From contig OY782041.1 in the NCBI GenBank assembly GCA_963677595.1, forward strand, positions 3,104,001 to 3,168,000: 64,000 nt of DNA, in the 5' to 3' direction. The notes under the pieces were generated by a model. That model searched no databases and was not told where the DNA came from. It saw only the letters and a list, made by a program, of their open reading frames with translations. Position numbers and translations under genes: made by a program. Each line of letters opens with the position of its first letter. The first letter of the stretch is position 1. Of this stretch, positions 40,896 to 50,414 are shown one piece after another. Source of the stretch: Spirochaetia bacterium (GTDB lineage Bacteria > Spirochaetota > Spirochaetia > CAKZLE01).

Positions 40896-41207
40896 CACAG
40901 CTCTTCCATCTTGAAGGCTCCAGCTTTTCATCTGTTCTCTATGACTGCAGGAACTCTTGAGGAGGTAAGCAGGAGGCTATCGTCCCCATCCCCAGACAGG
41001 ACAGGGAATGTCCCTGATGTGGTTCTCACAGCATCCTTACGTGCACATGAGTTCCTCTAAAAAGACGGCAGATCTAACATCTGATGTTACTTCTGCCGAT
41101 AGTCACCTGGAAGTCAATACTATGGGATCTCTTATCCCGTCAAAACTGATTGGTGATCAGGATCCAATAAAAAATCGACAGCTGGATGCTGTGTTATACT
41201 TTCATAC

Positions 41208-43571
41208 ATGATAGATACCAATACGAGAGTAGAATACATACGAAAGAAACTCGAGGAGTTGGAGCAGGAGAGCATACTCCTGAAAGAGGAACTTGCAGGG
41301 CTCCTGCCCAGCAGCCCTGCAGGCGTGATCACCAAGCGCAGCTCTTCCAAGGAGAAGATCGATCTGTTCCTTGCCCTGTTTCGCTGCCGGGAAGACAGAT
41401 ACCCCTATTATTACGAAAGGAAGAGTGATGGAAGAGCCGGTTACAATCCAGCATGCAAGAACGAGTGGCTTGAAGGAATCTGCGGAAAGATCATGAAGCC
41501 GCGTGTATCCTGCTCATCCTGCAGGAACTTCATACCAGTCCCATTCACAGCTGATACAGCGAGAAGCCACCTGACAGGGCCTGGTGCAATAGGGTCCTAT
41601 TCAATTGACCAGCAGGATCGATGCATCTTCCTGGCTGCTGACTTTGACAAACAGGACTGGCAGGCGGATGCGTTCGCCTATCGTTCTACAGCGAAGGGGA
41701 TGGGTATCGAGGCTGCAGTCGAGATATCCAAATCAGGTGATGGAGCCCATGTCTGGATATTCTTCTCTGAACTCGTGCCTGCACGTTCTGCGAGACGGCT
41801 GGGAGAGCTGATCCTTACACGGACTCTTGATTCCTCTGATACCCTGCAGTTTGACAGCTATGATCGATTCTTCCCTAACCAGGATTACTGCCCGAAAGCC
41901 GGCTTCGGCAACCTCATCTTCCTCCCGCTGCAGAAAGATTTTCGAGACAAGGGATGTACCGTATTCATCGATGAAGCCGGTATCGCCTATCCCGATCAAT
42001 GGGCGTACCTCTCATCACTCCACAGGATGTCATTGACTGAACTTGAGGAACACCTTGCAGAGGAGATCCTATCGGCAGATGATGAGATTGGCTCAAGTGA
42101 ATCTATCATACAGCAGTATCGACTGCCGATCCCCGCCGGGAATTCAGGGACGGTCGATCTGGTCTTAAGGGGACAGATCGCCATCCCAAGGAACCAGCTG
42201 CCGAAGAAACTCCTCAAAGCGCTCATGAGAAGAGCCACGATCGCAAACCCGAAGTTCTTCCAGATGCAGAAGATGCGGTTCTCGACCTGGAATATACCGA
42301 AGTATATCTTCTGCGGGACCAGTGATGAGTACTACCTCTATCTGCCTCGCGGCCTGATGGGACCAGTCCTGGAGTTCCTGTCCGATCAGGGGATGCAGGT
42401 GAGTATCACCGATGAGAGGAATACTGGACCGAAGATAGCCACCCGTTTCACCGGGGATCTGTATGATCACCAGGCACGGATCGTAGAGCAGTTGTTGAAG
42501 TCAGAGAAAGGGGTCCTGGTGGCTCCTACCGGTACAGGAAAGACAATCATGGCAGCAGCACTCATCGCGTTGAGGTCCTGCAGTACCTTGATCCTGGTCC
42601 ATAGGGGTACCCTGATCCAGCAATGGATAGAGACGCTCACAACGTATTTGGAAGGAATAGAGAAGAAGCATATCGGGGTGCTTGGTGCTGGACGAAAGAA
42701 ATTGAAAGGGAAGCTGGATATCGCGATGCTGCAGTCCCTGGCCAGGAAAGAGAACCTGGAAGAATTGACCAAGGCTTACGAATTCGTCATTGTCGATGAG
42801 TGTCACCGGGTCCCTACCGTGACCTTCGAGCCGATTCTACAGTCGATCGCTGCGCGGTTCGTCCTCGGCCTGACAGCTACGCCAAAACGAAAAGATCAGT
42901 TCCAATCCATCATCTTCATGCAGTGCGGTGAGATCACCGCACGATTAGAAGATATCAACAGGATGCACCAGGTCAGGACCGTATACTTCCTGGAGTCATC
43001 ATTACCGGCACTTCCCGAGCCCCATACCGTTACTGAGATCTGGGACTATATCTGCAGATCCGAAGACAGGAATCGGATGATCGTCGATACGATCATGCTG
43101 GTCTTGAAGGAGAAGAATCCTCTCGTCATTTCTGACAGGGTTGAACACCTTCAACGATTGCAGGAGTTGATGGATGAGAACAATAGGTTCATGCACACTC
43201 TCCTGCTTACCGGCAGTGTGGGGAAGAAGGAGCGGAAGCGTATACTCGAACAGTTCACCTGCAGCTTGAGAGACAAGACGCCCTGCTGCCTCTTTGCCAC
43301 CGGGTCGCTCATCGGAGAGGGGTTCGATCTCCCTGAACTCGATACGATGGTCCTGACTATGCCGATCTCGTTCTCAGAACGCCTGACCCAGTATGTAGGG
43401 AGGCTCCATCGGCAATCCGGGGAGGAGAAGAAAGTGATCACAGTCTACGATATAGTTGACACCGTATCGGGCATGACTGTCTCCATGTTCAAGAAGAGAC
43501 TCTCCGCCTATAAGAGACTCGGGTATCGGATGGAAACAGCTGTTGACAGCAGATTACTGAAGTTCCTGTGA
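41208..43571 (+). CDS. Archaeo-eukaryotic primase-like (TOTE-type) domain + SF2 DEAD/DEAH helicase
   Basis: FL.LF..RED.Y, FLAADFD, EISKSGDGAHVWIFF, DRFFPNQD and GNLI.LPLQ; APTGTGKT, DECH, GLTATP, EGFD and QYVGR. Confidence 0.88.
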   Translation: MIDTNTRVEYIRKKLEELEQESILLKEELAGLLPSSPAGVITKRSSSKEKIDLFLALFRCREDRYPYYYERKSDGRAGYNPACKNEWLEGICGKIMKPRVSCSSCRNFIPVPFTADTARSHLTGPGAIGSYSIDQQDRCIFLAADFDKQDWQADAFAYRSTAKGMGIEAAVEISKSGDGAHVWIFFSELVPARSARRLGELILTRTLDSSDTLQFDSYDRFFPNQDYCPKAGFGNLIFLPLQKDFRDKGCTVFIDEAGIAYPDQWAYLSSLHRMSLTELEEHLAEEILSADDEIGSSESIIQQYRLPIPAGNSGTVDLVLRGQIAIPRNQLPKKLLKALMRRATIANPKFFQMQKMRFSTWNIPKYIFCGTSDEYYLYLPRGLMGPVLEFLSDQGMQVSITDERNTGPKIATRFTGDLYDHQARIVEQLLKSEKGVLVAPTGTGKTIMAAALIALRSCSTLILVHRGTLIQQWIETLTTYLEGIEKKHIGVLGAGRKKLKGKLDIAMLQSLARKENLEELTKAYEFVIVDECHRVPTVTFEPILQSIAARFVLGLTATPKRKDQFQSIIFMQCGEITARLEDINRMHQVRTVYFLESSLPALPEPHTVTEIWDYICRSEDRNRMIVDTIMLVLKEKNPLVISDRVEHLQRLQELMDENNRFMHTLLLTGSVGKKERKRILEQFTCSLRDKTPCCLFATGSLIGEGFDLPELDTMVLTMPISFSERLTQYVGRLHRQSGEEKKVITVYDIVDTVSGMTVSMFKKRLSAYKRLGYRMETAVDSRLLKFL

Positions 43572-43668
43572 GCCAGACTCAAAGAGAGGGCTTTAAGATC
43601 GTACCGCATGAAAGGCTGCGTAACTCTTCAACCTGTGGTAGTCAGGGGGCAAAGATGATTCCCTGTCA

Positions 43669-45075
43669 TCACCCATCGGCGACCCTGTAGAGATCCTCAA
43701 GGCTTATAAGCACCACCCCATCCTGCTGTGCCAGTTCCTGGACAGCCTCCGTGAACCCTGATTTGCTGAAGAGATAATACCAGCGATTGACCGGTTTCCT
43801 GATGATCGCAGCGGCATCGAGGAACGCCTGGTACTCATCGGTGGCAAACACCCTGGTATGGAACTTGCATTCACAGAAGATCGCAGACTCCCGGCTTAAG
43901 TCAAAGGCAAGGATATCGATAGCATCTTGTTTCCTGGTCCTGGGGTTGCCTCCCCACCATCGTCCCATGGAGTGGGGAACGAACGGCAGCTTCCCCAGCC
44001 TTGCCTGTCGGATCAGGTATTCGGTACAGACTTTCTCGAACACGTGTCCCATATATTCCGGAAGGTGCCCGACTATCTCACGTGCGGCGTCCTGCTCACC
44101 CAATAGGTCAAAGTAGCTCTTATTGGCGAATATGAAGTGGAACCAGAATAGGAAGAAATTATCTGCGATCTGGTATATGGTCTTCCTGCTGGAGTCCTTC
44201 TCTCCTGAAGGCGTCACTTTATCTATGAGTTTCATCTCCTTCAGGACCCGAATGTATTTGGCACATTTCGTCTGCGGCTCGTGGACCTTCATGGCTATAT
44301 CATTGAGCCTGCTTGAGCCTGTGGCTATAGCCTCGAAGATACTGTTATAGACTGAAGGTTCTCTCAATTCCATCTTCAGCAGGTTCTGCGTCTCATACTG
44401 CAGGAAGGAACCTATGCGAAGGATGGATCCCGCTATGTTCTGCTCGATGGATACCTTGTCACTGAAAGCTGCAAGGTAGCAGGGGATCCCGCCAAGGATC
44501 CCGTAACTGAGCAGCTTATCCTCATAGGTGTAATCGGGAAAGAAGGACGAACTCTCCAGGTAGTCAAACCCTGTCAGCTCCAGATTGCTCGTGGAACGTC
44601 CATACAGGGGGCTCCTTGCTCCCATGACTTCAGAAGCCATGAAGCTAACGCTCGAGCCGCATAGTATCAGGAAGATATTCTTGTGTTTCCAGTCATGGTC
44701 TATGGTGTGCTGCAGGATGGATTTGATCGACTCATTGGACTCCGCGATGAACGGGAACTCATCTATGATCAACGTGATCCGCTGCTCCGATGGCTGGCTG
44801 CTGATGAACTTCAGGGCAGTTTGCCAATCTGAGAAGGTGCTGAAGGATGAGCCGGAGAAATACTGCTGAACAGCCTTGGAGAAGTCGGAGAGATTCAGGC
44901 TGTCGTTCTTTGCCTGGGCAGCATAGAAGATCACCGGATGATTCCTGGAGAACTCCAACAGGAGCGACGTCTTCCCGACCCGTCTCCTCCCATAAAGAAC
45001 AAGGTATTCGAACGTATCCGAGGCATACAGGGACTCAAGCAGCGCCAATTCCTTCTCTCTTCCAATGAACATCAC
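43669..45075 (-). CDS. Archaeal-type ATPase (ATPase_2) + DUF234 nuclease domain
   Basis: FIGREKEL, YGRRRVGKT, IIDEFP, CGSS, PLYGR, GGIP.YL, D.F..FWF.F, GRWW and IDI...ECK motifs. Confidence 0.92.
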   Translation of the reverse strand: MMFIGREKELALLESLYASDTFEYLVLYGRRRVGKTSLLLEFSRNHPVIFYAAQAKNDSLNLSDFSKAVQQYFSGSSFSTFSDWQTALKFISSQPSEQRITLIIDEFPFIAESNESIKSILQHTIDHDWKHKNIFLILCGSSVSFMASEVMGARSPLYGRSTSNLELTGFDYLESSSFFPDYTYEDKLLSYGILGGIPCYLAAFSDKVSIEQNIAGSILRIGSFLQYETQNLLKMELREPSVYNSIFEAIATGSSRLNDIAMKVHEPQTKCAKYIRVLKEMKLIDKVTPSGEKDSSRKTIYQIADNFFLFWFHFIFANKSYFDLLGEQDAAREIVGHLPEYMGHVFEKVCTEYLIRQARLGKLPFVPHSMGRWWGGNPRTRKQDAIDILAFDLSRESAIFCECKFHTRVFATDEYQAFLDAAAIIRKPVNRWYYLFSKSGFTEAVQELAQQDGVVLISLEDLYRVADG

Positions 45076-45093
45076 GTTTCCTCTTGTGTATTA

Positions 45094-45135
45094 TATACTC
45101 ATAAGTATTATACTCGTGAATCATATATATGTCAA
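45094..45135 (-). promoter_or_regulatory. Consensus promoter overlapped by two 15-bp-period repeats
   Basis: TTGACA-17-TATAAT (45135-45107); tatactcataagtat (45094) and tatactcgtgaatcat (45109). Confidence 0.75.
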
Positions 45136-45182
45136 ATTTGGATCATCTCTTTTCCATACATGAACATAAGCTGCAGAGCGCT

Positions 45183-48083
45183 CTATTCCCCCTCTGGATC
45201 TTCGGGGATCCTGTCATCCGCATAGATGGACCAGAGGTCGGTATTCGATTCCCCCGGACCGGTATTCCCTGAGATCGTATTCGCATCCTTGATCTTCGGG
45301 GAGGGCTGAGGATCGTCGGTGTCCCTGGTCGAGGGAATGTAGGCGCCACCATTTTGGTTGCTCGTGATCGTATTCCCGGAGATACTGCCCCCCCTGAAAT
45401 AGGTGACACTCATCCCTGTCCCCGCATTCCCTGAGATGGTGTTGTTGGTGATCGTCCCCCCCGTCTCGAAGATCCCTGCACCTCCGGAATTACTCATGAC
45501 CTTGTTGTCATTGAGGACTCCGGTCTCTTCTAGGGTGTAGACCCAGAGAGAGGTTATCGCTGTGTTATCCTGTATCTCATTCCCTGATACCTCGCCTGCG
45601 AGGGTGGACACGGTAAACGCAGTATCACTCATGCCGGTCACCGTATGGTCCGTGACAGACGAGCCGTCAGCCAGTGTCCCGATATAGAGCCCCTTGGAAT
45701 AGTTCGTCCCTCCCGTGATGGTATTAGCGGTGCATGAGGAATTCCCAGACAGGCTGTAGATCGCCAGTGCGGTGTTCTTCGTGTTCTTGAAGACATTGTC
45801 GGATATCTTCGAGTTCTCGGAACTATAGATTTTCATGCCTTCACTGTTCTCGAAGGAATTTCCCGAGACAGTCGAATCCCGTACCAGTGAGACCTCCATG
45901 CCGATCCCGTCGGTGTCCTTGACGGTATTGCTGCTGATGATGCCGGTATACTTACCTATCAGGAGGAAATGAGACAACCCAGTCGTGCAGGTGTTACCGC
46001 TGATCTCCCCTGAATAGAAGATCTCCTCCCCGCCCTCTGGAGTGAGGCCGGTCATCCAGATCGCTGTCTGGTAATCTGGGGCATCGAAGGTGTTCCCTAT
46101 GATATCAACATCATAGGTGTCTCCTTCCCGCCAGGTAGACAGGTTTATATCACTTGCATTCTTGATGATGCCGTATTTGCCCCCGCGGAGGGTGAAACCC
46201 TCGATTGCTGAGTCCGGGTACATCTCTATGGTGGCCTCAATGATAGAGGAGTCCTTCGAGCCCCAGAGGGTGATCCCCTCCCAGACCTTGAGGACATGGC
46301 CGGATAAATACCAGCCTGTATAGGTGCCGCCCGGGACGTGGATGATTGCCTCCTTTCCCTTATAACTGTCAATGACTTCCTGGAGGCTCGAACCTGCCGT
46401 GATCTCGATCTCACTTTCGGCCGTGTAGCCCCGAATATCCTCTGCCTCCAGCGATACCGTGTAGGTTCCCGCTTCGCTGTAGGAGTGTTCCACCTCGGGG
46501 ATGAAGTCCTCATCCCCGACGATCTGGGTCTTCGTCGACCCGTCACCGAAATCCCAGCTGAGCTTCAGCCGCTCTCGCAGGAAGGAGCTGTTTGGCTGTG
46601 CGGTGAATGTGAGGTCGAACGGAAGGAACCCCACAGAACCAGTAGAATGGATCCCGACCTCGAAGGAATCAGGATCGGGTGTGATGACAAAACCCTCATG
46701 GTCAGCGTACTCGTCATCTTCATCCGGTAGGTCGAAGAAGGCAGGGAGGTCCTCATCATCGGGGCGATCGACCACGGCAGGCTCCGTGGGGTTCGGCCCG
46801 TGGGTCTCTCGCCAGTCCAGGGCGAACTGTGCATACGCAGCCTCTATCTCATCATAGGCTGACCCCGTGATATCCTCCAGCCCTTCATAGATCTCTTCCC
46901 AGTAGTCCTCTCCGTTCAGATCCCAGTCGAAATCGGGGAGTTCCCAATCCTCCCAGTCACCTGCCGGGACGAGGTAGTCCCCGTTCGGCAGGATCCCGCC
47001 GTATATATTGGTCTCAAGGTCTACCGGTGTCGTGGTATCGAGCTGGGGAGTCGTGCTCGAGGTGATCCCATCATCATCCACATTGAAGTAGGTAGTGTAC
47101 CCGTCACTCGTAGTCCCTATGATCGCCAGCGCCTTCTCCGTTCTGTTCGATCCGGTGAACCCCCCGGCACCCCCGAACAGGAGCCCGATATATCCATTGT
47201 ATTCCGTGACGGTCTTCACGGTAGTGGAGATGTTCTCCTCAGGTACGGCGATGTTCACCATGTTCCCTGCGAACGTTACGGCAGCACTGGTGTTCTCGAA
47301 GACCGTATAGGCATACTTGGCTTTCGCCAGGCAGCCTGTCCCGAATGAGCCGAGGGTAGCGGCCCCTGCAGTCCCGAAGGCCCCGAACGGGGTGGCGAGG
47401 GCCAATGTCGAGTTCACCGCACCCGCGGTATCGCGGACGGTCTCGTAGAACTCAACATTCTTCGTGGCGAAATCGACTTCAAGGTTATCTACTGCATCTC
47501 CCATCGCATTGCTCACCTGCTGCATGAGGAAGCGTATCTTCGTCATCTCGACCCCGGTATGCTTCGAGATATCTTCCGGGGAGAAGGATGCTTCATAATC
47601 GGGATCCAGCATCATCTCCACAAGCCGCCGGGCATACGCAGTGTCGGACAGGCCTTCAACACGCGACTTCGAGAAGGTCTTATCATCCAACAGGGCCTTT
47701 GCATCCTCGATCGCCGGTCCGAGCGTCTCCTTACTCCAGCTCTCCATCTCCCGGCAGAAGGAGATGAAATCATCGACTTCGGTCAGAGCTGAGTCTGAAA
47801 GGCTCTGCAGGGTCCGCAGGTCCGTCTTCGACGGGTCTGCGAAGAGGGCCCCGTTCACCAGGGAGTTCACCCGGTTGAACCTGACGGCATACTCATAGAA
47901 GAAGTCATGTACCGGCTCATCGAACTCCTCGATGAAATCAGAGATCTCCTCCGGACTTTCCAGGATAGGGACATCTTCAGTCACCCCGCTGTCATCATCA
48001 TGAGCATCTGCACCGCCAAGTGAGCAGGAGAGCAGTACCAGGATCAGTAAGCCTGCGATCAATGGGGCTACGTTCTTATTCAT
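45183..48083 (-). CDS. Large lipoprotein with a PKD domain and a right-handed beta-helix (NosD/pectin-lyase-like) C-terminus
   Basis: Lipobox LLSC; WDFGDG...H.Y..AGTY.VSL; repeated I.GN.I..N motifs. Confidence 0.8.
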   Translation of the reverse strand: MNKNVAPLIAGLLILVLLSCSLGGADAHDDDSGVTEDVPILESPEEISDFIEEFDEPVHDFFYEYAVRFNRVNSLVNGALFADPSKTDLRTLQSLSDSALTEVDDFISFCREMESWSKETLGPAIEDAKALLDDKTFSKSRVEGLSDTAYARRLVEMMLDPDYEASFSPEDISKHTGVEMTKIRFLMQQVSNAMGDAVDNLEVDFATKNVEFYETVRDTAGAVNSTLALATPFGAFGTAGAATLGSFGTGCLAKAKYAYTVFENTSAAVTFAGNMVNIAVPEENISTTVKTVTEYNGYIGLLFGGAGGFTGSNRTEKALAIIGTTSDGYTTYFNVDDDGITSSTTPQLDTTTPVDLETNIYGGILPNGDYLVPAGDWEDWELPDFDWDLNGEDYWEEIYEGLEDITGSAYDEIEAAYAQFALDWRETHGPNPTEPAVVDRPDDEDLPAFFDLPDEDDEYADHEGFVITPDPDSFEVGIHSTGSVGFLPFDLTFTAQPNSSFLRERLKLSWDFGDGSTKTQIVGDEDFIPEVEHSYSEAGTYTVSLEAEDIRGYTAESEIEITAGSSLQEVIDSYKGKEAIIHVPGGTYTGWYLSGHVLKVWEGITLWGSKDSSIIEATIEMYPDSAIEGFTLRGGKYGIIKNASDINLSTWREGDTYDVDIIGNTFDAPDYQTAIWMTGLTPEGGEEIFYSGEISGNTCTTGLSHFLLIGKYTGIISSNTVKDTDGIGMEVSLVRDSTVSGNSFENSEGMKIYSSENSKISDNVFKNTKNTALAIYSLSGNSSCTANTITGGTNYSKGLYIGTLADGSSVTDHTVTGMSDTAFTVSTLAGEVSGNEIQDNTAITSLWVYTLEETGVLNDNKVMSNSGGAGIFETGGTITNNTISGNAGTGMSVTYFRGGSISGNTITSNQNGGAYIPSTRDTDDPQPSPKIKDANTISGNTGPGESNTDLWSIYADDRIPEDPEGE

Positions 48084-48150
48084 GCCATACCTCTTCTCTT
48101 TGACGATCTCTCAGGGGGGCGAGTACATGCTTTTCATCAGTATTGCATAT

Positions 48151-49326
48151 CTATCGGATACGCTGCACATGTGTTGCTTCAAGCTTATCTATCATGCCCT
48201 GCAGGCTGATCACCTCGATGCGCTCGTGCACGGGATACTGTTCTTTACCCGGGTAGAGTATATAGAGCCTGTCCAGGCTGAGGTCTTCGAGGGCACTGTA
48301 CATGGACCTGGTGGGCTTCGGCGACTCAGAGAGTTTACACTCGATCCCGATTCTCTTCCCCTCATAGATGAAGAAGAGATCCAGTTCTGCACCGCTGTGG
48401 GTAGACCAGAAATAGGGTATGATCCCCGGGTTTGTGCGCAGGATCTGTTCGATCACGAACCCCTCCCAGGAGGCGCCGGCAGCCGGGTGGCTGAGCAGCT
48501 CGTCAAGATTCCTTAGCTGCAGCAGGTGGTTGAGTATCCCGGTATCAGTGAAGTAGATCTTCGGGGATCTCACCTGACGTTTCTTGAGATTCTCATACCA
48601 GGGCGGCAGGATACGGAGCATATAGGTACTGCTGAGCATATCGATATAGGACCTGATGGTGTTATGACTCAACCCCATGGCTTTCCCCAACTGGGAACTG
48701 TTGAGTACCTGTCCGTGCACGTGGGCAAGCATCGTCCAGAACCTGCGCATCGTTTCAGCTGGGACCTTGATGCCAAGCTGCGGGATATCGCGCTCTAGGA
48801 AGGTCCTGATGAACCCTCCTCTCCAGGCGAAGCTGGCAGCAGGATCAGGGGCAAGGTACGATAACGGGAATCCTCCTCGGACCCAGAGGTCCCGCCAGGG
48901 GAGCTCGGAAGTCCCGGCAGGTATCTCCGTGATGTTAAACCCCTGAAGGTCGATGAACTCGACCCTGCCTGCCAGCGACTGGGAAGCATGGCTGATGAGG
49001 TCCGGTGAAGCGCTGCCCAGGATGAGGAAACGCCCGTTTGCTGCCCAACGGTCTGCAAGGACCCTGAGTACCCCAAAGAGTTCAGGCATCATCTGGATCT
49101 CATCTATGATGATCAGTCCGGGAACCTGGGAAAGAAAAAGTTCGGGGTTCTGCAGTTTTGCCCTGTCTGAAGGGAGTTCCAGGTCCAGCAAAGAGGATTG
49201 CAGGTTTTCCTGGACCTCCATGGCTAATGTGGTCTTGCCGCATTGCCGGGGGCCAAGGATCGCAGTGATCTTCGAACGGCTGAGCGCTGTCCGTACGGAT
49301 CTCAGGTATGCCTCTCGTTTGATCAT
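48151..49326 (-). CDS. AAA_14 + DUF4143 ATPase
   Basis: GPRQCGKTT, IDEIQ, LGSAS, LAGR, RGGFP, K.Y..DTG, WEGF, ELDL and IECK motifs. Confidence 0.93.
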   Translation of the reverse strand: MIKREAYLRSVRTALSRSKITAILGPRQCGKTTLAMEVQENLQSSLLDLELPSDRAKLQNPELFLSQVPGLIIIDEIQMMPELFGVLRVLADRWAANGRFLILGSASPDLISHASQSLAGRVEFIDLQGFNITEIPAGTSELPWRDLWVRGGFPLSYLAPDPAASFAWRGGFIRTFLERDIPQLGIKVPAETMRRFWTMLAHVHGQVLNSSQLGKAMGLSHNTIRSYIDMLSSTYMLRILPPWYENLKKRQVRSPKIYFTDTGILNHLLQLRNLDELLSHPAAGASWEGFVIEQILRTNPGIIPYFWSTHSGAELDLFFIYEGKRIGIECKLSESPKPTRSMYSALEDLSLDRLYILYPGKEQYPVHERIEVISLQGMIDKLEATHVQRIR

Positions 49327-49334
49327 ACAACTAT

Positions 49335-49381
49335 ATTAACATTGAAAATTGTAAATATCAATTACAATTTTCAATGTTAAT
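49335..49381. promoter_or_regulatory. Perfect 20-bp inverted repeat covering a leaderless promoter
   Basis: attaacattgaaaattgtaa-atatcaa-ttacaattttcaatgttaat; minus-strand TTGATA-17-TAATAT-6-ATG with the -35 in the loop. Confidence 0.85.
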
Positions 49382-49465
49382 TAGCTATTCCCCATATCTC
49401 ATGTGCCGTGCATACCCGGTTGCGCCTGCGTCTCTTGGCCTCATAGGTGGCTTTGTCCGCCAGGT

Positions 49466-49993
49466 CTATGACCGTCTCGCAGTCCAGTGTACCCTCAGTA
49501 CAGCAGGCTGCACCGATGCTGACTGTGATACGGAAGCCATCAAGGTTTCGGTCTCTATCGCAGCCCGCAGGGATTCTGCCATGACATAGAGCTCGCTCTC
49601 GCTGTAGCGGTAGGCCAGGACCGTGAACTCCTCACCGCCGTAGCGGTAGCTCTGCAGCCTCAGGGCCTCAGAGGACCCCAGCAGCATCGCCCCGAACCGG
49701 TCAGGCGCCTGTCGGCAGCAGGGTGCCCGTAGGTGTCGTTGAACTGCTTGAAATGGTCGATATCTTTTCATGAGGATACATGAGGGTTTCACTGCCCCTG
49801 GCTGTCTCAAGCCTTCCAGCGTCTCGAAGAGCTTCGGGCGGTTGTACAGCCCTGTCAGGACATCGGTCTCCTTCTCGATGATGAGCAGTCGGTGTGCCTC
49901 ATAGCTCTCGAGACGTATCCCCCCCCATGATATTCCCCAGGTAGCCGCCCAAGATGAGGAAACAGAGGCTGTTGATCGTGTAGTCAAGAGCAT
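49466..49993 (-). pseudogene. GGDEF diguanylate cyclase remnant
   Basis: DVLTGLYNR and YRYGGEEF present; the DIDHFK..ND..G segment is in another frame. Confidence 0.8.
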
Positions 49994-50414
49994 ACCGGGG
50001 CTTGAAGTGGAAGGACCGAGAGGATCTTCCCGTTATACTCCTCTATAGCCCCGCGGCTGGCGGAGGCGAGGGCAGGGTAACTCCTTTCGGTACTCAAGAA
50101 CCACTTGGGCCATCCCCTCATCAATGTCTCCTCATACAGTGTATAAGAACTATAGCAGAAGATGGGGTGCCGAACAATAGCGCCGGATACCAAGGCCGGG
50201 CACCTTCAGCTCCTCTTGCGGAAGAAGACCGTCTTCAGATCCGGGTAGAAAGCCGATGGATCTCTACCTGCGCCGATCGTACATCCTGCATGATTTCACA
50301 TCCGGTACTGCGGAATCGGCACTCCTGTGGTATAGTAGTAGTGACTGCACAGCCTGGTCCTCCTTTGACAGTCCCCTGCCGGCAGTACATCGATCTAAGG
50401 AAAACGAACATACC

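Noticed and set aside
50002-50100. KWKDREDLPVILL resembling the N-terminus of another AAA_14 ATPase
   Set aside because: No Walker A follows, and the match is too short to support
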